Origin: a bacterium
GTDB taxonomy: Bacteria > CAIWAD01
Assembly (NCBI GenBank): GCA_030429345.1
Contig: JAUIFJ010000015.1
Location: 28,931-92,930, forward strand
DNA length: 64,000 nucleotides
Direction: 5' to 3'
Program-made: the position numbers and the translations under genes
Notes under the pieces: model-generated
The model's input: the letters and a program-made list of their open reading frames with translations, nothing else
What the model was told of the DNA's origin: nothing
The model's database searches: none
Part shown: positions 48,541-58,369 of the stretch, piece after piece
How positions within the stretch are numbered: the stretch's first letter is position 1
Layout of the letters: every line of letters begins with the position of its first letter

Positions 48541-49539
48541 CTACTCGACCAGGTCGTCCTGCTCCTGTATACACACATGGGTCGCCGCGCCGGCGCGCTG
48601 GTCGTCGGGCGGGCGGACGATGAAGAAGCTGACCGGCATGCCCATCAGCTCCTCGCTGAACTCGAGGCCTTCGTCCAGGTCCGTGTAATGGAAGAAATAG
48701 TCCTCCCCGGAATCGCTGGTCAGGAAGCCGAAGCCTTTCTCGATCTTGACGGTCTTGATCGCGCCGTATACTTCCTCGCCCTCGTCGATCGCCCGCTGGC
48801 GGTCCTGCTCGATCTCCTCCAGCTGCTTCTGCCGCTGGTTGTAGCTCACCTGGGGACGGGCAGCGCCCTCGCCGTGTTCGCCATCGTCGTAGGGGGCCGA
48901 GCGCGAGGGCAGTTCGCGTGTCAGCTGGATCTCGTTGACCATGTCGTCCATCCAGATCGTGTTGAAATCGGCCACCATGGCCCGCTCGTGCGAACTGGAG
49001 AATTCCGGGGTGCAGCTGTTGCGGATGCTGATCACCACCGTGCGCTTGCCGAAGCGGCGAATGGCGCGGATCGCCGGCTTGTAGTCGCGGTCGCCGATCA
49101 GGAAGGCCGCAATGTCAAAGGCGTGATTATGCGCGCACTGCAGGGCCGTCGTCGCCAGCGAGATCGAGGCCTGGGCCTCGCGCGGGTGGAAGGGATCCGT
49201 CGGGTCGCGGTCGCTGCGGCGGATCCGGCGGCCCTTGAAATTGACGGGATAGGTTTCGACATGGTAGAAGAAGTCCTCGCGCATGCGCGTGTAGAAATCC
49301 TTCTGCCGTTGCGAGAGCATCTCGTCCATCGGGTCGACCTTGACGGGGAAGGCGCCGAACATGAAGCCGCGGACGAAGTCCAGCTCCAGGCCGGGCTGCT
49401 GCCCGCCAAGCTCCTCCAGGATGGACTGGGGCAGCTTGTTGAAGTCGATCTGATAGTAGCGGTCCTCGGTGTAGTCCAGGAGCCGGGCCATGTTCTGGTA
49501 GAGCCAGGTGCCATCGACGAACAACATCACACGTGCCAT
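48541..49539 (-). CDS. NYN (LabA/DUF88) domain fused to a cold-shock domain
   Basis: FVDGTWL and GDRDY NYN motifs; C-terminal KGFGFL...YFFHYTDL (RNP1/RNP2 of a CSD). Confidence 0.8.
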   Translation of the reverse strand: MARVMLFVDGTWLYQNMARLLDYTEDRYYQIDFNKLPQSILEELGGQQPGLELDFVRGFMFGAFPVKVDPMDEMLSQRQKDFYTRMREDFFYHVETYPVNFKGRRIRRSDRDPTDPFHPREAQASISLATTALQCAHNHAFDIAAFLIGDRDYKPAIRAIRRFGKRTVVISIRNSCTPEFSSSHERAMVADFNTIWMDDMVNEIQLTRELPSRSAPYDDGEHGEGAARPQVSYNQRQKQLEEIEQDRQRAIDEGEEVYGAIKTVKIEKGFGFLTSDSGEDYFFHYTDLDEGLEFSEELMGMPVSFFIVRPPDDQRAGAATHVCIQEQDDLVE

Positions 49540-49636
49540 TTGTAGTACCTCCGAGTACAGGAATAGAAGTGTATACCGCGCGGCCTTCCCCGCGCGCTCT
49601 GCTGAAGGCGCCGGATCACGCCGGCGCCGGACTGTC

Positions 49637-51421
49637 CTAGTTGCGCGTCCCCGAGGAGACGATGTTCTCGGCCCAGATCGGCAGGTCCGGAAAACGGGCG
49701 CTCATGTGCTCGCGGCAGGCCTGCAGGATGCTGTCGGCCTTCTCCATGGTCAGGACGCGGGCCGTGAACTGTTCCGCCTCCTCCAGGCTCATCGAACGGA
49801 CGAGCAGCTTGATCTCCGGAAGGATCACGGGACTGACGCTCAGCTCGTCGAGCTTCATGCCCACCAGCAGCATGGTGACCGTGGGATCCCCGGCCATCTC
49901 CCCGCAGAGACCGACCTGGATGCCCGCGTTGCGCGCCGCGTCCACGGTCATGGCGATGCCGCGCAACACGGCGGGATGCATGCTGCGGAAGAGCCTCGCG
50001 ACCAGCTTGTTGTTGCGATCCACGGCCAGCATGTACTGCGTCAGGTCGTTGGTGCCGATGGAGAAGAAGTCCACCATGGGCGCCAGTTCGGTCGCGCAGA
50101 GCACGGCGCTGGGCAGCTCGATCATGATGCCGGTGCGGATGTTCTCGTCGAAGTCCTCGCCGCTTTGGCGCAGCTCCTCCTTGACGTCCTCGAAGACCTC
50201 CAGCACGCGCTCCAGCTCGGCCTTGCCGCTGATCATCGGGAACATGATGCGCACGTTGCCCACCGTGCTCGCCTTGAGGATGGCGCGCAGCTGGGTGCGG
50301 AAGAGCCGCGGCCGGTCCAGGCTGACGCGGATCGCGCGCCAGCCAAGGAAGGGATTGGCCTCCTGGGGGAACTCCATGCCCGCCGGCTGCTTGTCCCCGC
50401 CCAGGTCGAAGGTGCGTATCACGAGCGGATCCGGGTGGACGGCTTCCGCCGCGCGGCGGTATTCCTTTTCCTGCAGCTTCTCCCCCGGCATGGTCCGCGA
50501 GGCCAGGTAGAGATACTCCGTGCGGAAGAGGCCGACCCCGCGGCTGCCGGCCTTGAGCACCTGGTTCAGCTCGACGGGCAGTTCCAGGTTGGCGCTGAGC
50601 TCGATCTCGTGGCCGTCCTTCGTGATGCAGGGCTCGTCGCGCAGCCCCTGCAGCTCCTCCTCGAAGCCCAGGAAGACCTGGCGCGCCTTGCGGAAGCGGC
50701 TTGTCGTACGGGCGTTCGGGTTGATGAAGATCTTGCCGCTGGTGCCGTCGAGGATCACCAGGTCGCCGTCCTTGACGACTTCCAGGATTCCCTCCGCGCC
50801 GACGATCGCCGGCACGCCGACGCTGCGGCAGAGAATGGTCGTGTGACTGGCCTGGCTGCCCTTTTCCGTGATCAGCGCCAGCACCTGGGTCGCGTCGAGC
50901 AGCGCCGTCTCGGAGGGACTCAGGTCGTCGGCGATCAGGATCACGGGCTTGTCCGGCTGTCTCACGCGGCGCCGGCGGCGGCCCTGCAGGGTCTCGATCA
51001 GGCGGCGTCCGACATCGTGCACGTCGTCCACCCGCTGGCGGATGAACTCCTCCTTCGTGTTCCGGAACTGCCGCGCGAGTTCTTCCAGGTGCTGGTGCAG
51101 GGCGTAGTCGGCATTGACCCGCTCGTCGCGGATCATCTGCTCGACGGGTTCGAGCAGCATCGGATCCTTGAGGATCATCAGGTGCGCCTCGAAGATGCCC
51201 GCGCTTTCCGTGCCCAGGCGCTCGGCAACCTGTTCGGCCAGCTTGGCGATCCGCTTCTCGGCCGTTCCCAGGGCGCGGCGGAAGCGCTGCAGCTCGGGAG
51301 CGATCTCCGATTCGCGCAGGCTCCGCGGCTGCACGGTCTGGGCCGCGTGGGAGCGTCGGGCCACCGGACCGATCACGATGCCGGGGCTGACGCCGATGCC
51401 CGTACGCTTGATTTCTGCCAT
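49637..51421 (-). CDS. ptsI: PTS enzyme I
   Basis: SHTTIL phospho-His, GVGLFRTEYL, RTFDLGGDK, NPFLGWRAIR, SIGTNDLTQY, CGEMAGD. Confidence 0.95.
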   Translation of the reverse strand: MAEIKRTGIGVSPGIVIGPVARRSHAAQTVQPRSLRESEIAPELQRFRRALGTAEKRIAKLAEQVAERLGTESAGIFEAHLMILKDPMLLEPVEQMIRDERVNADYALHQHLEELARQFRNTKEEFIRQRVDDVHDVGRRLIETLQGRRRRRVRQPDKPVILIADDLSPSETALLDATQVLALITEKGSQASHTTILCRSVGVPAIVGAEGILEVVKDGDLVILDGTSGKIFINPNARTTSRFRKARQVFLGFEEELQGLRDEPCITKDGHEIELSANLELPVELNQVLKAGSRGVGLFRTEYLYLASRTMPGEKLQEKEYRRAAEAVHPDPLVIRTFDLGGDKQPAGMEFPQEANPFLGWRAIRVSLDRPRLFRTQLRAILKASTVGNVRIMFPMISGKAELERVLEVFEDVKEELRQSGEDFDENIRTGIMIELPSAVLCATELAPMVDFFSIGTNDLTQYMLAVDRNNKLVARLFRSMHPAVLRGIAMTVDAARNAGIQVGLCGEMAGDPTVTMLLVGMKLDELSVSPVILPEIKLLVRSMSLEEAEQFTARVLTMEKADSILQACREHMSARFPDLPIWAENIVSSGTRN

Positions 51422-51456
51422 GGAAGACCTCGTCTACAATAAACCGAGACTCGCGC

Positions 51457-51732
51457 TCAACCCTGCTTCAGTTCATGGAAGCCGGCGGCGAAGAGCTCTC
51501 TCAGCCCGTCCATCAGGGCCTGCTCGTCGGCGCCCTCCGTCTCGACGGTCACCGGGGCTCCGCACTCGGCGGCCAGCAGCAAAACGCCCATGATCGACTT
51601 GCCGTTGATGCGGTTGCCGTCCTTCTCGAGCCACAGTTCGGCCTGGTGTTTGGCGGCCAGCTTGACGATGTGCTGGGCGGGCCGGGCATGGATTCCCAGA
51701 TCGTTGATCACCATCAGTTCTTCTCTCAGCAT
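51457..51732 (-). CDS. ptsH: Phosphocarrier HPr
   Basis: GIHARPA (His15), KSIMGV (Ser46). Confidence 0.95.
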   Translation of the reverse strand: MLREELMVINDLGIHARPAQHIVKLAAKHQAELWLEKDGNRINGKSIMGVLLLAAECGAPVTVETEGADEQALMDGLRELFAAGFHELKQG

Positions 51733-51746
51733 GAACCGTGACCTCT

Positions 51747-52460
51747 TCAGAAAAGGGCTGTCGCGAGGACCGCCAGGACCAGGATGTATACAGGCAATGC
51801 CCAGTGCCGTTCGGGCAGCTGCCAGGAAACCAGTGTGACAAGACCCAGGCCCGCCAGGCGCGGCCCGTCGAGTCCCAGTTGCAGGGCGTGGGCGAATCCC
51901 ACTCCCAGGAAAAGCCCGGCGCTGAGCGCGAAGGCCCTGGCCGTCCAGCGATTGACCGGGTGCTGCTTGAGCGCCATGATGTCCCGGTGCACCTCGCGGC
52001 CCAGCTCCATGCCCCGGCTGATGCCGCGCCAGCGAATCCAGAGATGCATGGCGTTGTAGCCCAGCCAGGCCACGATCACCAGGGACAGCCCCAGGCGGCG
52101 GTAGCCCGCCAGGCCGAGCACCAGCCCCCAGCAGGAAAGCACCCCGGAAAGCGGCCGCAGGTAGTACCAGAACAGCCGGTCCCCGACCGCGCCCAGCGGC
52201 GGAATCGCCGCCTTCTTCAGGCGCTCGAGCACCTGCCCTTCATGATCCTGCTCCATGCGGGCGCTGGCGCCGATGATGTAGCCCGCCAGGTAGGGATGCG
52301 AATTGAAGAAGCCGAAGGAGCGCCCCAGTTTCTCCTGTCGCCCCTCGGGCTGCTCCTTCCACTGCGGCAGCAGGGCCCAGAGAATGCCGATATGCGTCAT
52401 GCCCCGGTAGTTGATCAGGGCCTGATTGAAAAAGCTGCGCCAGAACAGGCGACCTTTCAT
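51747..52460 (-). CDS. Mannose-family PTS IID component
   Basis: FFNSHPY, PLGAVGDRLFW; ATG 52460 overlaps the IIC stop. Confidence 0.8.
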   Translation of the reverse strand: MKGRLFWRSFFNQALINYRGMTHIGILWALLPQWKEQPEGRQEKLGRSFGFFNSHPYLAGYIIGASARMEQDHEGQVLERLKKAAIPPLGAVGDRLFWYYLRPLSGVLSCWGLVLGLAGYRRLGLSLVIVAWLGYNAMHLWIRWRGISRGMELGREVHRDIMALKQHPVNRWTARAFALSAGLFLGVGFAHALQLGLDGPRLAGLGLVTLVSWQLPERHWALPVYILVLAVLATALF

Positions 52461-53179
52461 GCGGCCAGTCCCTCCAGCGCCAAGAGCAGGGCGGCACCGG
52501 CCACCCAGCCGACGACGGTCAAACTGCCCGGTTGCCGGCCCGTACCCAGCTTCAGACCTGTGCCGATGGCCGTGGCCAGCACGAGCCACTTGAAGTAGGA
52601 TGGGTTCAGCTCCGTCGCGGCCAGTGTGCTCAGGATCCAGGCCGCAAGGGGGCCCAGCAGCGCCAGCACCAGGAAGGCGAAGCCGAAGGCCATCAGGAAA
52701 CTCCCGACGAGGGCCTGCAGGAAGAGCTTGTTCACCTGATCCGGCTGATCGCCCTGGACCGCGGCTTCGAAGCGGCCGTACCAGTGCCTCGTGTTCCGCT
52801 GGCGCTGCGCATGGTTGTGCCAGCCGGCCAGGTAGCTGAAACCGATGGCGAAGAGCAGGCCGCAGAAGATCCGCCATTCCAGCCCCGCCTCTGCGTTTCC
52901 GGCAGTAGGGATCACCACCAGCAGGCCCAGGTAGCCGCCCATGGCGGGATCCGGCGGGCTGGTTGCTCCCAGGGGCAGTTCACGAAGCAGCAGCAGTTCC
53001 AGGCAGAGCCCCATCCAGAGGCCCAACTCGATCTGCCCCGCCACCAGGCCCACCAGCGGCAGCACGATCGCAGGGCGCCCCAGCTGGAACTGGCCGATGG
53101 CCCAGGTCTCCAGGTAGAGCAACGCCGCCGCCAGCGAAGCCAGCGCCAGAAGAAGAGGCTGTTCGGGAAAAAGTCCCAT
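52457..53179 (-). CDS. Mannose-family PTS IIC component
   Basis: GQFQLGRP...GLVAG...LELLLL...PLGATSPPD. Confidence 0.75.
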   Translation of the reverse strand: MGLFPEQPLLLALASLAAALLYLETWAIGQFQLGRPAIVLPLVGLVAGQIELGLWMGLCLELLLLRELPLGATSPPDPAMGGYLGLLVVIPTAGNAEAGLEWRIFCGLLFAIGFSYLAGWHNHAQRQRNTRHWYGRFEAAVQGDQPDQVNKLFLQALVGSFLMAFGFAFLVLALLGPLAAWILSTLAATELNPSYFKWLVLATAIGTGLKLGTGRQPGSLTVVGWVAGAALLLALEGLAA

Positions 53180-53266
53180 GGCATCCGGTCGGCGCGGCTC
53201 CGGGGGAGCGCGCGGAAACACCTGTGCTACAACCTGGATTGCGGCCCGTCGGCCGTCCTACTCGAA

Positions 53267-54283
53267 CTACGATTTCCGCCGCAGCAGCCAGGTGGCATAG
53301 GCGCGCAAAGCCTCCACCTTGAGCCCCGCGTCGGCTTCGTCAAGAACATCAAAGGCTTCGCCGAAAAGGCTGTCCACCAGCTTGCGCCCATCCTCCAGCA
53401 CGCCGCCGTCCACCAGCAGAGTGCGCAGTTCGCGCAATTCATCAGCCCCTGCCTGACGCGCAGCCAGCAGTTCGCGGCAGCGCTTCAAGGCATCGCCCTG
53501 CAGCAGCTCCAGCGCTTTCAGGGTGACGAAAGTCTTTTTATGCATCGCCATGTCGGAACCGACATTCTTGCCCAGCTCCTCCGTGGTCGACAGGTAGTCC
53601 AGCAGATCATCCTGAATCTGGAAGGCCTTGCCGATGAGCGCCCCGTAGCGCTCCAGCAGGTCGACCGTCGCCGGATCGCAGCCCGCGGCCATGGCGCCGA
53701 TGCGGGTCGACATGCAGATCAGGCGCCCCGTCTTGCGGGCGATCATGTCCTCGTAGTCTGCCAGGGTGACCTTGCCGGACTCCTCGAACTCCTTGTCCAG
53801 GGCCTGGCCTTCGCAGACCTCCACCACGGCTTCAGTGAAGGTGCGCACCTGGCCGGGCAGATCCTCTCCGCAGGAATCGCAGAGACAGCGGTAGGCAATG
53901 CCGATCAGCGCGTCTCCGGCGAGAATCGCCGTACCCTCGTCCCAGCGCGCGTGGATCGTCGGTTGGCCGCGGCGCACCAGGTCGTGGTCCATGATATCGT
54001 CATGGACCAGGGTGAAATTGTGCAGCAGCTCGACCGCAACGGCGGCGTTGAGCACTTTGTGCATGGGCAGGCCGCCGGCTTCGGCGGTCAGAATGGTCAG
54101 AATGGGGCGGATGCGCTTCCCGCCGATGCCCATGATGTACCGCAGGGGTTCATAGAGGCTGACGGGCTTGCGATAGCGGGAAAGGATCTCGGCAATGTGC
54201 GCCTCGATCGCTTCCCGCTCTTCCTGAAAGGGGTTTTCAGGCAGGACAGGCAAGGGGCGAAGGTGCTGCAACTCAGTCTTCAT
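53267..54283 (-). CDS. Polyprenyl diphosphate synthase
   Basis: GGKRIRP, LVHDDIMD..RRG, GQALD, KT, FQIQDDLLD. Confidence 0.93.
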   Translation of the reverse strand: MKTELQHLRPLPVLPENPFQEEREAIEAHIAEILSRYRKPVSLYEPLRYIMGIGGKRIRPILTILTAEAGGLPMHKVLNAAVAVELLHNFTLVHDDIMDHDLVRRGQPTIHARWDEGTAILAGDALIGIAYRCLCDSCGEDLPGQVRTFTEAVVEVCEGQALDKEFEESGKVTLADYEDMIARKTGRLICMSTRIGAMAAGCDPATVDLLERYGALIGKAFQIQDDLLDYLSTTEELGKNVGSDMAMHKKTFVTLKALELLQGDALKRCRELLAARQAGADELRELRTLLVDGGVLEDGRKLVDSLFGEAFDVLDEADAGLKVEALRAYATWLLRRKS

Positions 54284-54656
54284 CGACCGGATCGTTGAAG
54301 GCCTTCTCGATCAGCTGGGTCATGGCCTGCAGCTTGACCGGCTTGACCAGATAGGTATAGCCGTCGTTCTCGATGGTCTTGAGAATGGTTTCGGAACTGG
54401 GGTAACCGGTCAGAATGATCACTCGCACCTTCTCGTTGAGGCTGCGGATCTTCTGCAGGAGGGTCATTCCGTCCATGTGGGGCATCTTGATGTCCGAGAT
54501 CACCAGGTCGATCCCCCGTTCCTGGAAGACCTGCAGGGCCATGTCGCCATCGGTGGCGCTGTAGGCCTGGTAGCCGAGCTGTCCGATCAGCTGGGAAAGG
54601 ATCTCGCACTGTGCAGGATCGTCGTCGACGATCAGGATCTGCTTTTGATCTGCCAT
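54273..54656 (-). CDS. Single-domain response regulator
   Basis: ILIVDDD, SDIKMPHMDG, LTG, YLVKP; start ATG 54656. Confidence 0.85.
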   Translation of the reverse strand: MADQKQILIVDDDPAQCEILSQLIGQLGYQAYSATDGDMALQVFQERGIDLVISDIKMPHMDGMTLLQKIRSLNEKVRVIILTGYPSSETILKTIENDGYTYLVKPVKLQAMTQLIEKAFNDPVDED

Positions 54657-54771
54657 TGATTGCTCCAAGGGAGGGACATCCGTAACTCGTACAATAGAAA
54701 CGGGAATATAGGGATCCCCGCCGGAAATGCGTTCAAGCCGACACAAGGCGAAATCTGCGGGAAAAGCGAGC

Positions 54772-56157
54772 ATGGATGACTGGATCATCGGCATTGGCGG
54801 CACGGCAATGGCATCGCTGGCGATCTGCCTTCGCCGGCAGGGACGGGTGGTCGGCGGCAGCGACGAGGGGGTCTATCCTCCCATGTCCGACCTGCTGCGG
54901 GAAGCCGGCATCGCCTGGCGGGAGGGCTACTCGGCGAAGAACCTGCCGGATGCCCCCTGCCGGATCATCGTGGCCAATGCCATTCCCCGAGGCAACCCGG
55001 AACTGGAGGCGGCGCTGGAGGCCGGTCGTCCCCTGACCTGTCTGCCGGAGCTGATCCGCAGCGACTTCCTGCCAGGCCGCCATTCGGTGGTCGTCAGCGG
55101 CACGCATGGCAAGACCACCACGACCAACCTCTTGGCCCTGCTGCTGCGCGAGGCCGGCCTGGATCCCGGCTGGCTGATCGGCGGACGCCCCGCCGGCCTG
55201 CCTTCGCCGATGCACGCCGGAAGCGGCCCCTTCCTGATCGAGGGCGACGAGTACGACACGGTTTTCTACGACAAGCGCAGCAAGTTCCTGCACTACTGGC
55301 CACGCACCCTGGTGATCAACCACATCGAGTTCGACCATTCCGACATCTTCGAGAATGTATCACAGATCCAGCACAGCTTCCGCCTGCTGCTGAGGCTGCT
55401 GCCCGCCGGCGGCCGGCTGATCGTCAATGGCGACAGTCCCCTGGCCATGGAAGTCGCCGCCGACTCTCCGGCCCCGCTGACCACTTTCGGCGAGGGGGAA
55501 GGCTGCGACTGCCGCCTGCTGGGCGAACGGCCGGAGGGTGAATCCTCCGTATACACGTATCTACTGGATGGCGTGGAACACGCGCTGCGTTCGCCGATGC
55601 AGGGAGCGCACAACGGGCGCAACCTGGCCGTGGCCCTTCTGCTGGCGCGGCAGTTCGGCGTGCCCCAGAGCATTCTCGAACAGGTGGCCGCCGGCTTCTC
55701 CGGCCCGGGACGGCGCATGGACCGCTACGAGCTGAAGGGCGGCGGCCTACTCTACGACGATTTCGCCCACCACCCGACGGCGATCCGCGAAAGCCTGCGC
55801 GGCCTGCGCCTGCGCCACCCCGAGCGGCGGATCACGGCGCTCTTCGAACCGCGCTCGAACACCAGCGTCACCAATGTGATGCAGCAGGAGTTCATGGAGG
55901 CCCTGTCCGGAGCGGACCGCGCCGGCATGGGGGCGCTGCACCGGGCCTGGAAGTACGCTCCGGAGACGCTCTTCGACTTCGCCCTTGCCGCGGGCTGGTT
56001 CGCCGGGCGCGGCATTCCCTTCGCCCAGCGCGACAAGGCGGAAGAACTGGCGGACTGGGCTCTGGAGGACTTCGGCAAGGACGACCTGCTGGTGCTCTTC
56101 AGCAACGGCAGCTTCCAGGGCCTGAGGGAGCTGGTGCTGGAGCGGCTCGCAAAATGA
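54772..56157 (+). CDS. mpl: Murein peptide ligase Mpl (MurC-like)
   Basis: IGIGGTAM, VYPPMS, SGTHGKTTT, IEGDEYDT, IEFDHSDIF, DDFAHHPTAI, FEPRSNT. Confidence 0.9.
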   Translation: MDDWIIGIGGTAMASLAICLRRQGRVVGGSDEGVYPPMSDLLREAGIAWREGYSAKNLPDAPCRIIVANAIPRGNPELEAALEAGRPLTCLPELIRSDFLPGRHSVVVSGTHGKTTTTNLLALLLREAGLDPGWLIGGRPAGLPSPMHAGSGPFLIEGDEYDTVFYDKRSKFLHYWPRTLVINHIEFDHSDIFENVSQIQHSFRLLLRLLPAGGRLIVNGDSPLAMEVAADSPAPLTTFGEGEGCDCRLLGERPEGESSVYTYLLDGVEHALRSPMQGAHNGRNLAVALLLARQFGVPQSILEQVAAGFSGPGRRMDRYELKGGGLLYDDFAHHPTAIRESLRGLRLRHPERRITALFEPRSNTSVTNVMQQEFMEALSGADRAGMGALHRAWKYAPETLFDFALAAGWFAGRGIPFAQRDKAEELADWALEDFGKDDLLVLFSNGSFQGLRELVLERLAK

Positions 56158-56603
56158 AGCAGGAATTCGTGATCCGCCGGTTGAAGAGCCCGGAGGCCGA
56201 GTGGCTGCGGCTGCGGCAGCTGTTGTGGCCCGCCCAGGAAGAGGAGCATCTCACGGAGATGCTGAAGGAGCTCCGCGAGCCGGAGCGCTTCGCGCACTGG
56301 CTGGCCCTGGACGATCGGGGAAAGGCCCGCGGCCTGGCCGAGGCCAGCCTGCGGAACGACTTTGTGGAAGGAGCTTCCTCTTCCCCTGTGGCCTACCTGG
56401 AAGGGCTCTTCGTCGAGGAGGCCTTCCGGCGGCAGGGCATCGCCGCGGCACTCGTGATGCAGGTCCGCGACTGGGGCCGCGGGCGCGGCTGCCGGCAGCT
56501 GGCCTCCGACACGGAACTGGAGAACACGCTCTCGCAGGCCGTTCACGAAGCCCTGGGCTTCGGCGAGGCCGGACGGGTGGTCTGCTTCATCCGGGAGCTC
56601 TAG
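56154..56603 (+). CDS. Aminoglycoside 6'-N-acetyltransferase-like GNAT
   Basis: WLRLRQLLWP, EASLRNDFVEG, PVAYLEGLFV, LASDTELEN, HEALGFGE. Confidence 0.8.
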   Translation: MKQEFVIRRLKSPEAEWLRLRQLLWPAQEEEHLTEMLKELREPERFAHWLALDDRGKARGLAEASLRNDFVEGASSSPVAYLEGLFVEEAFRRQGIAAALVMQVRDWGRGRGCRQLASDTELENTLSQAVHEALGFGEAGRVVCFIREL

Positions 56604-56604
56604 C

Positions 56605-57429
56605 ATGCTGCACTCCGACCGGCGCCGCAGGGTGACTCTCGAGCCTCTGGCTGTGACACAGGCTTTGCTGGGCCTGCCCCTGTCCAGCGTGAGACGGCGT
56701 GCGGCGGCGCTTTCCGCGGACCTCTTCCTGGTCTTTCTCTACAGCCTGGTCCTCCTGCCTGCGGGCATCCTGTTCACGCTTCAGTGGCAGGAGCCGCGCC
56801 TTCTTCCCCGCCTTGGGGAGCTGCTCGAGCAGGACCAGGATCCCTGGGAGGACACGGAGTTCCTGTACTACCTGATGCGCATGGCCACTCGCCACTATCC
56901 GGCCTGCCTCTCCCCCGAACTGCGCGAGCTGGTCGTGGCGGAGGACCTGCAGGGTCTGGAACAGGTTCTGGGCAAGTATCACATCCAGGGCACGATCAGC
57001 TTCGGCGAAGTATACAACGAGCCCTACGTGCCGGATTCCCGCCAGGTCGTGCTCACCCTGAGCTCCGTCGCCGGCGAGGACTCGAAAGTGCTCAACTTCC
57101 TGCTTGTGCTCGTTCCGTATTTCACGCTCTTCGCATGGTGGGGCAAAGGAAAGACACCAGGCAAGCTCCTCTTCGGCATACGCGTCGTGCGCTTGACAGG
57201 CGGCCCCTTCCGCCTGAGGGACAGCTTCAACCGCGCCGGCGGCTACACGGCGAGCCTTTCGACCTTCGGCCTGGGCTTTCTCGAGGCCGTGCGCGACCCG
57301 AACCGACAGGCCCTGCATGATCGCATCGCGGGCACGGTCGTGATCCGCGCGGGCAGGAAGATGTACCGGGAATTTCCCCCGGCCGGGGCGGCGGAAGCTG
57401 CTCAAGGAGTGTCCAACGGGGAGGACTGA
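56605..57429 (+). CDS. RDD-family membrane protein
   Basis: RRAAALSAD, GKTPGKLLFGIRVV, RQALHDRIAGTVV. Confidence 0.85.
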   Translation: MLHSDRRRRVTLEPLAVTQALLGLPLSSVRRRAAALSADLFLVFLYSLVLLPAGILFTLQWQEPRLLPRLGELLEQDQDPWEDTEFLYYLMRMATRHYPACLSPELRELVVAEDLQGLEQVLGKYHIQGTISFGEVYNEPYVPDSRQVVLTLSSVAGEDSKVLNFLLVLVPYFTLFAWWGKGKTPGKLLFGIRVVRLTGGPFRLRDSFNRAGGYTASLSTFGLGFLEAVRDPNRQALHDRIAGTVVIRAGRKMYREFPPAGAAEAAQGVSNGED

Positions 57430-57510
57430 AAGTAACGGGGTTCAAAGCCATGCACTGTGAGGTTGAGCGTGTAAGGGCCCAAAGTCCACTTTCGTCCTCC
57501 CGCATGGACA
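57410..57510. repeat. 101-bp double-box element, copy E
   Basis: TGTCC-aacgggga-GGACT...core with a few substitutions...CTTTCGTCC-tcccgcat-GGACA. Confidence 0.9.
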
Positions 57511-57554
57511 AAATGCCCAGATGAGGCGGTTCACGGCTGGATCGGACCGGCAAA

Positions 57555-57655
57555 TGTCTGGAGAGGAGGACTGAAAGTAACAGCGTTCAAAGCCATGCAC
57601 TGTGAGTAGGAGCGTGCACGGGCTCAATGTCCACTTTTGTCCACCCGCCTGGACA
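57555..57655. repeat. 101-bp double-box element, copy F
   Basis: TGTCT-ggagagga-GGACT...core...CTTTTGTCC-acccgcct-GGACA. Confidence 0.9.
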
Positions 57656-57796
57656 TGTGGACAAGCCGAATCAGTTCAGTTCGAGTGCAAACGGGCTGTC
57701 TCCGCCAGGAAACAGCCCGTGATACATTCCATGCTCTCTTGCGCGGCCCAGTCCTATGCAATTCCACGATGCCGGGAAATGAATCCCGTCGCGAAT

Positions 57797-58369
57797 CTAC
57801 TTGGCCTGACGATTGAGAATGCTCAGGAATTCGGCGCGGGTCTCGGCGTGGTCGTGGAACTCGCCCAGCATGGCACTGGTGGTGGTCATGCTGTTCTGCT
57901 TCTGCACGCCGCGCATCTGCATGCACATGTGCGCTCCCTCCATGACCACCGCGACTCCCAGGGGCTGTAACACCTCCCTCAGGGCCTGGGCCACCTGGTG
58001 CGTCAGGCGCTCCTGCACCTGCAGGCGACGCGCGAACATGTCGATAATCCGCGGAATCTTGGACAGGCCGATCACCCTGCCGTCGGGGATGTAGCCGACA
58101 TGCGCCTTGCCGAAGAAGGGCAGCAGGTGGTGTTCGCAGAGGCTGTAGAATTCGATGTCGCGCACGATCACGATCTCGTTGCAGTCCTCTTCGAAGACGG
58201 CTTCGTTGACGATCGTCTCCAGGCTCTGCGAATAGCCCACGGTCAGGTCCTGCCAGGCCCGGGCCACGCGTCGCGGAGTCCGTAGCAGGCCTTCGCGCTG
58301 CGGATTCTCGCCCAGGGTCTCGAGCAGGGAGCTTGTCAGCTCCTGCAGTCGTTCTTGCTTGTCACTCAC
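57797..58369 (-). CDS. folE: GTP cyclohydrolase I
   Basis: [47 protein letters not shown]. Confidence 0.96.
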   Translation of the reverse strand: MSDKQERLQELTSSLLETLGENPQREGLLRTPRRVARAWQDLTVGYSQSLETIVNEAVFEEDCNEIVIVRDIEFYSLCEHHLLPFFGKAHVGYIPDGRVIGLSKIPRIIDMFARRLQVQERLTHQVAQALREVLQPLGVAVVMEGAHMCMQMRGVQKQNSMTTTSAMLGEFHDHAETRAEFLSILNRQAK

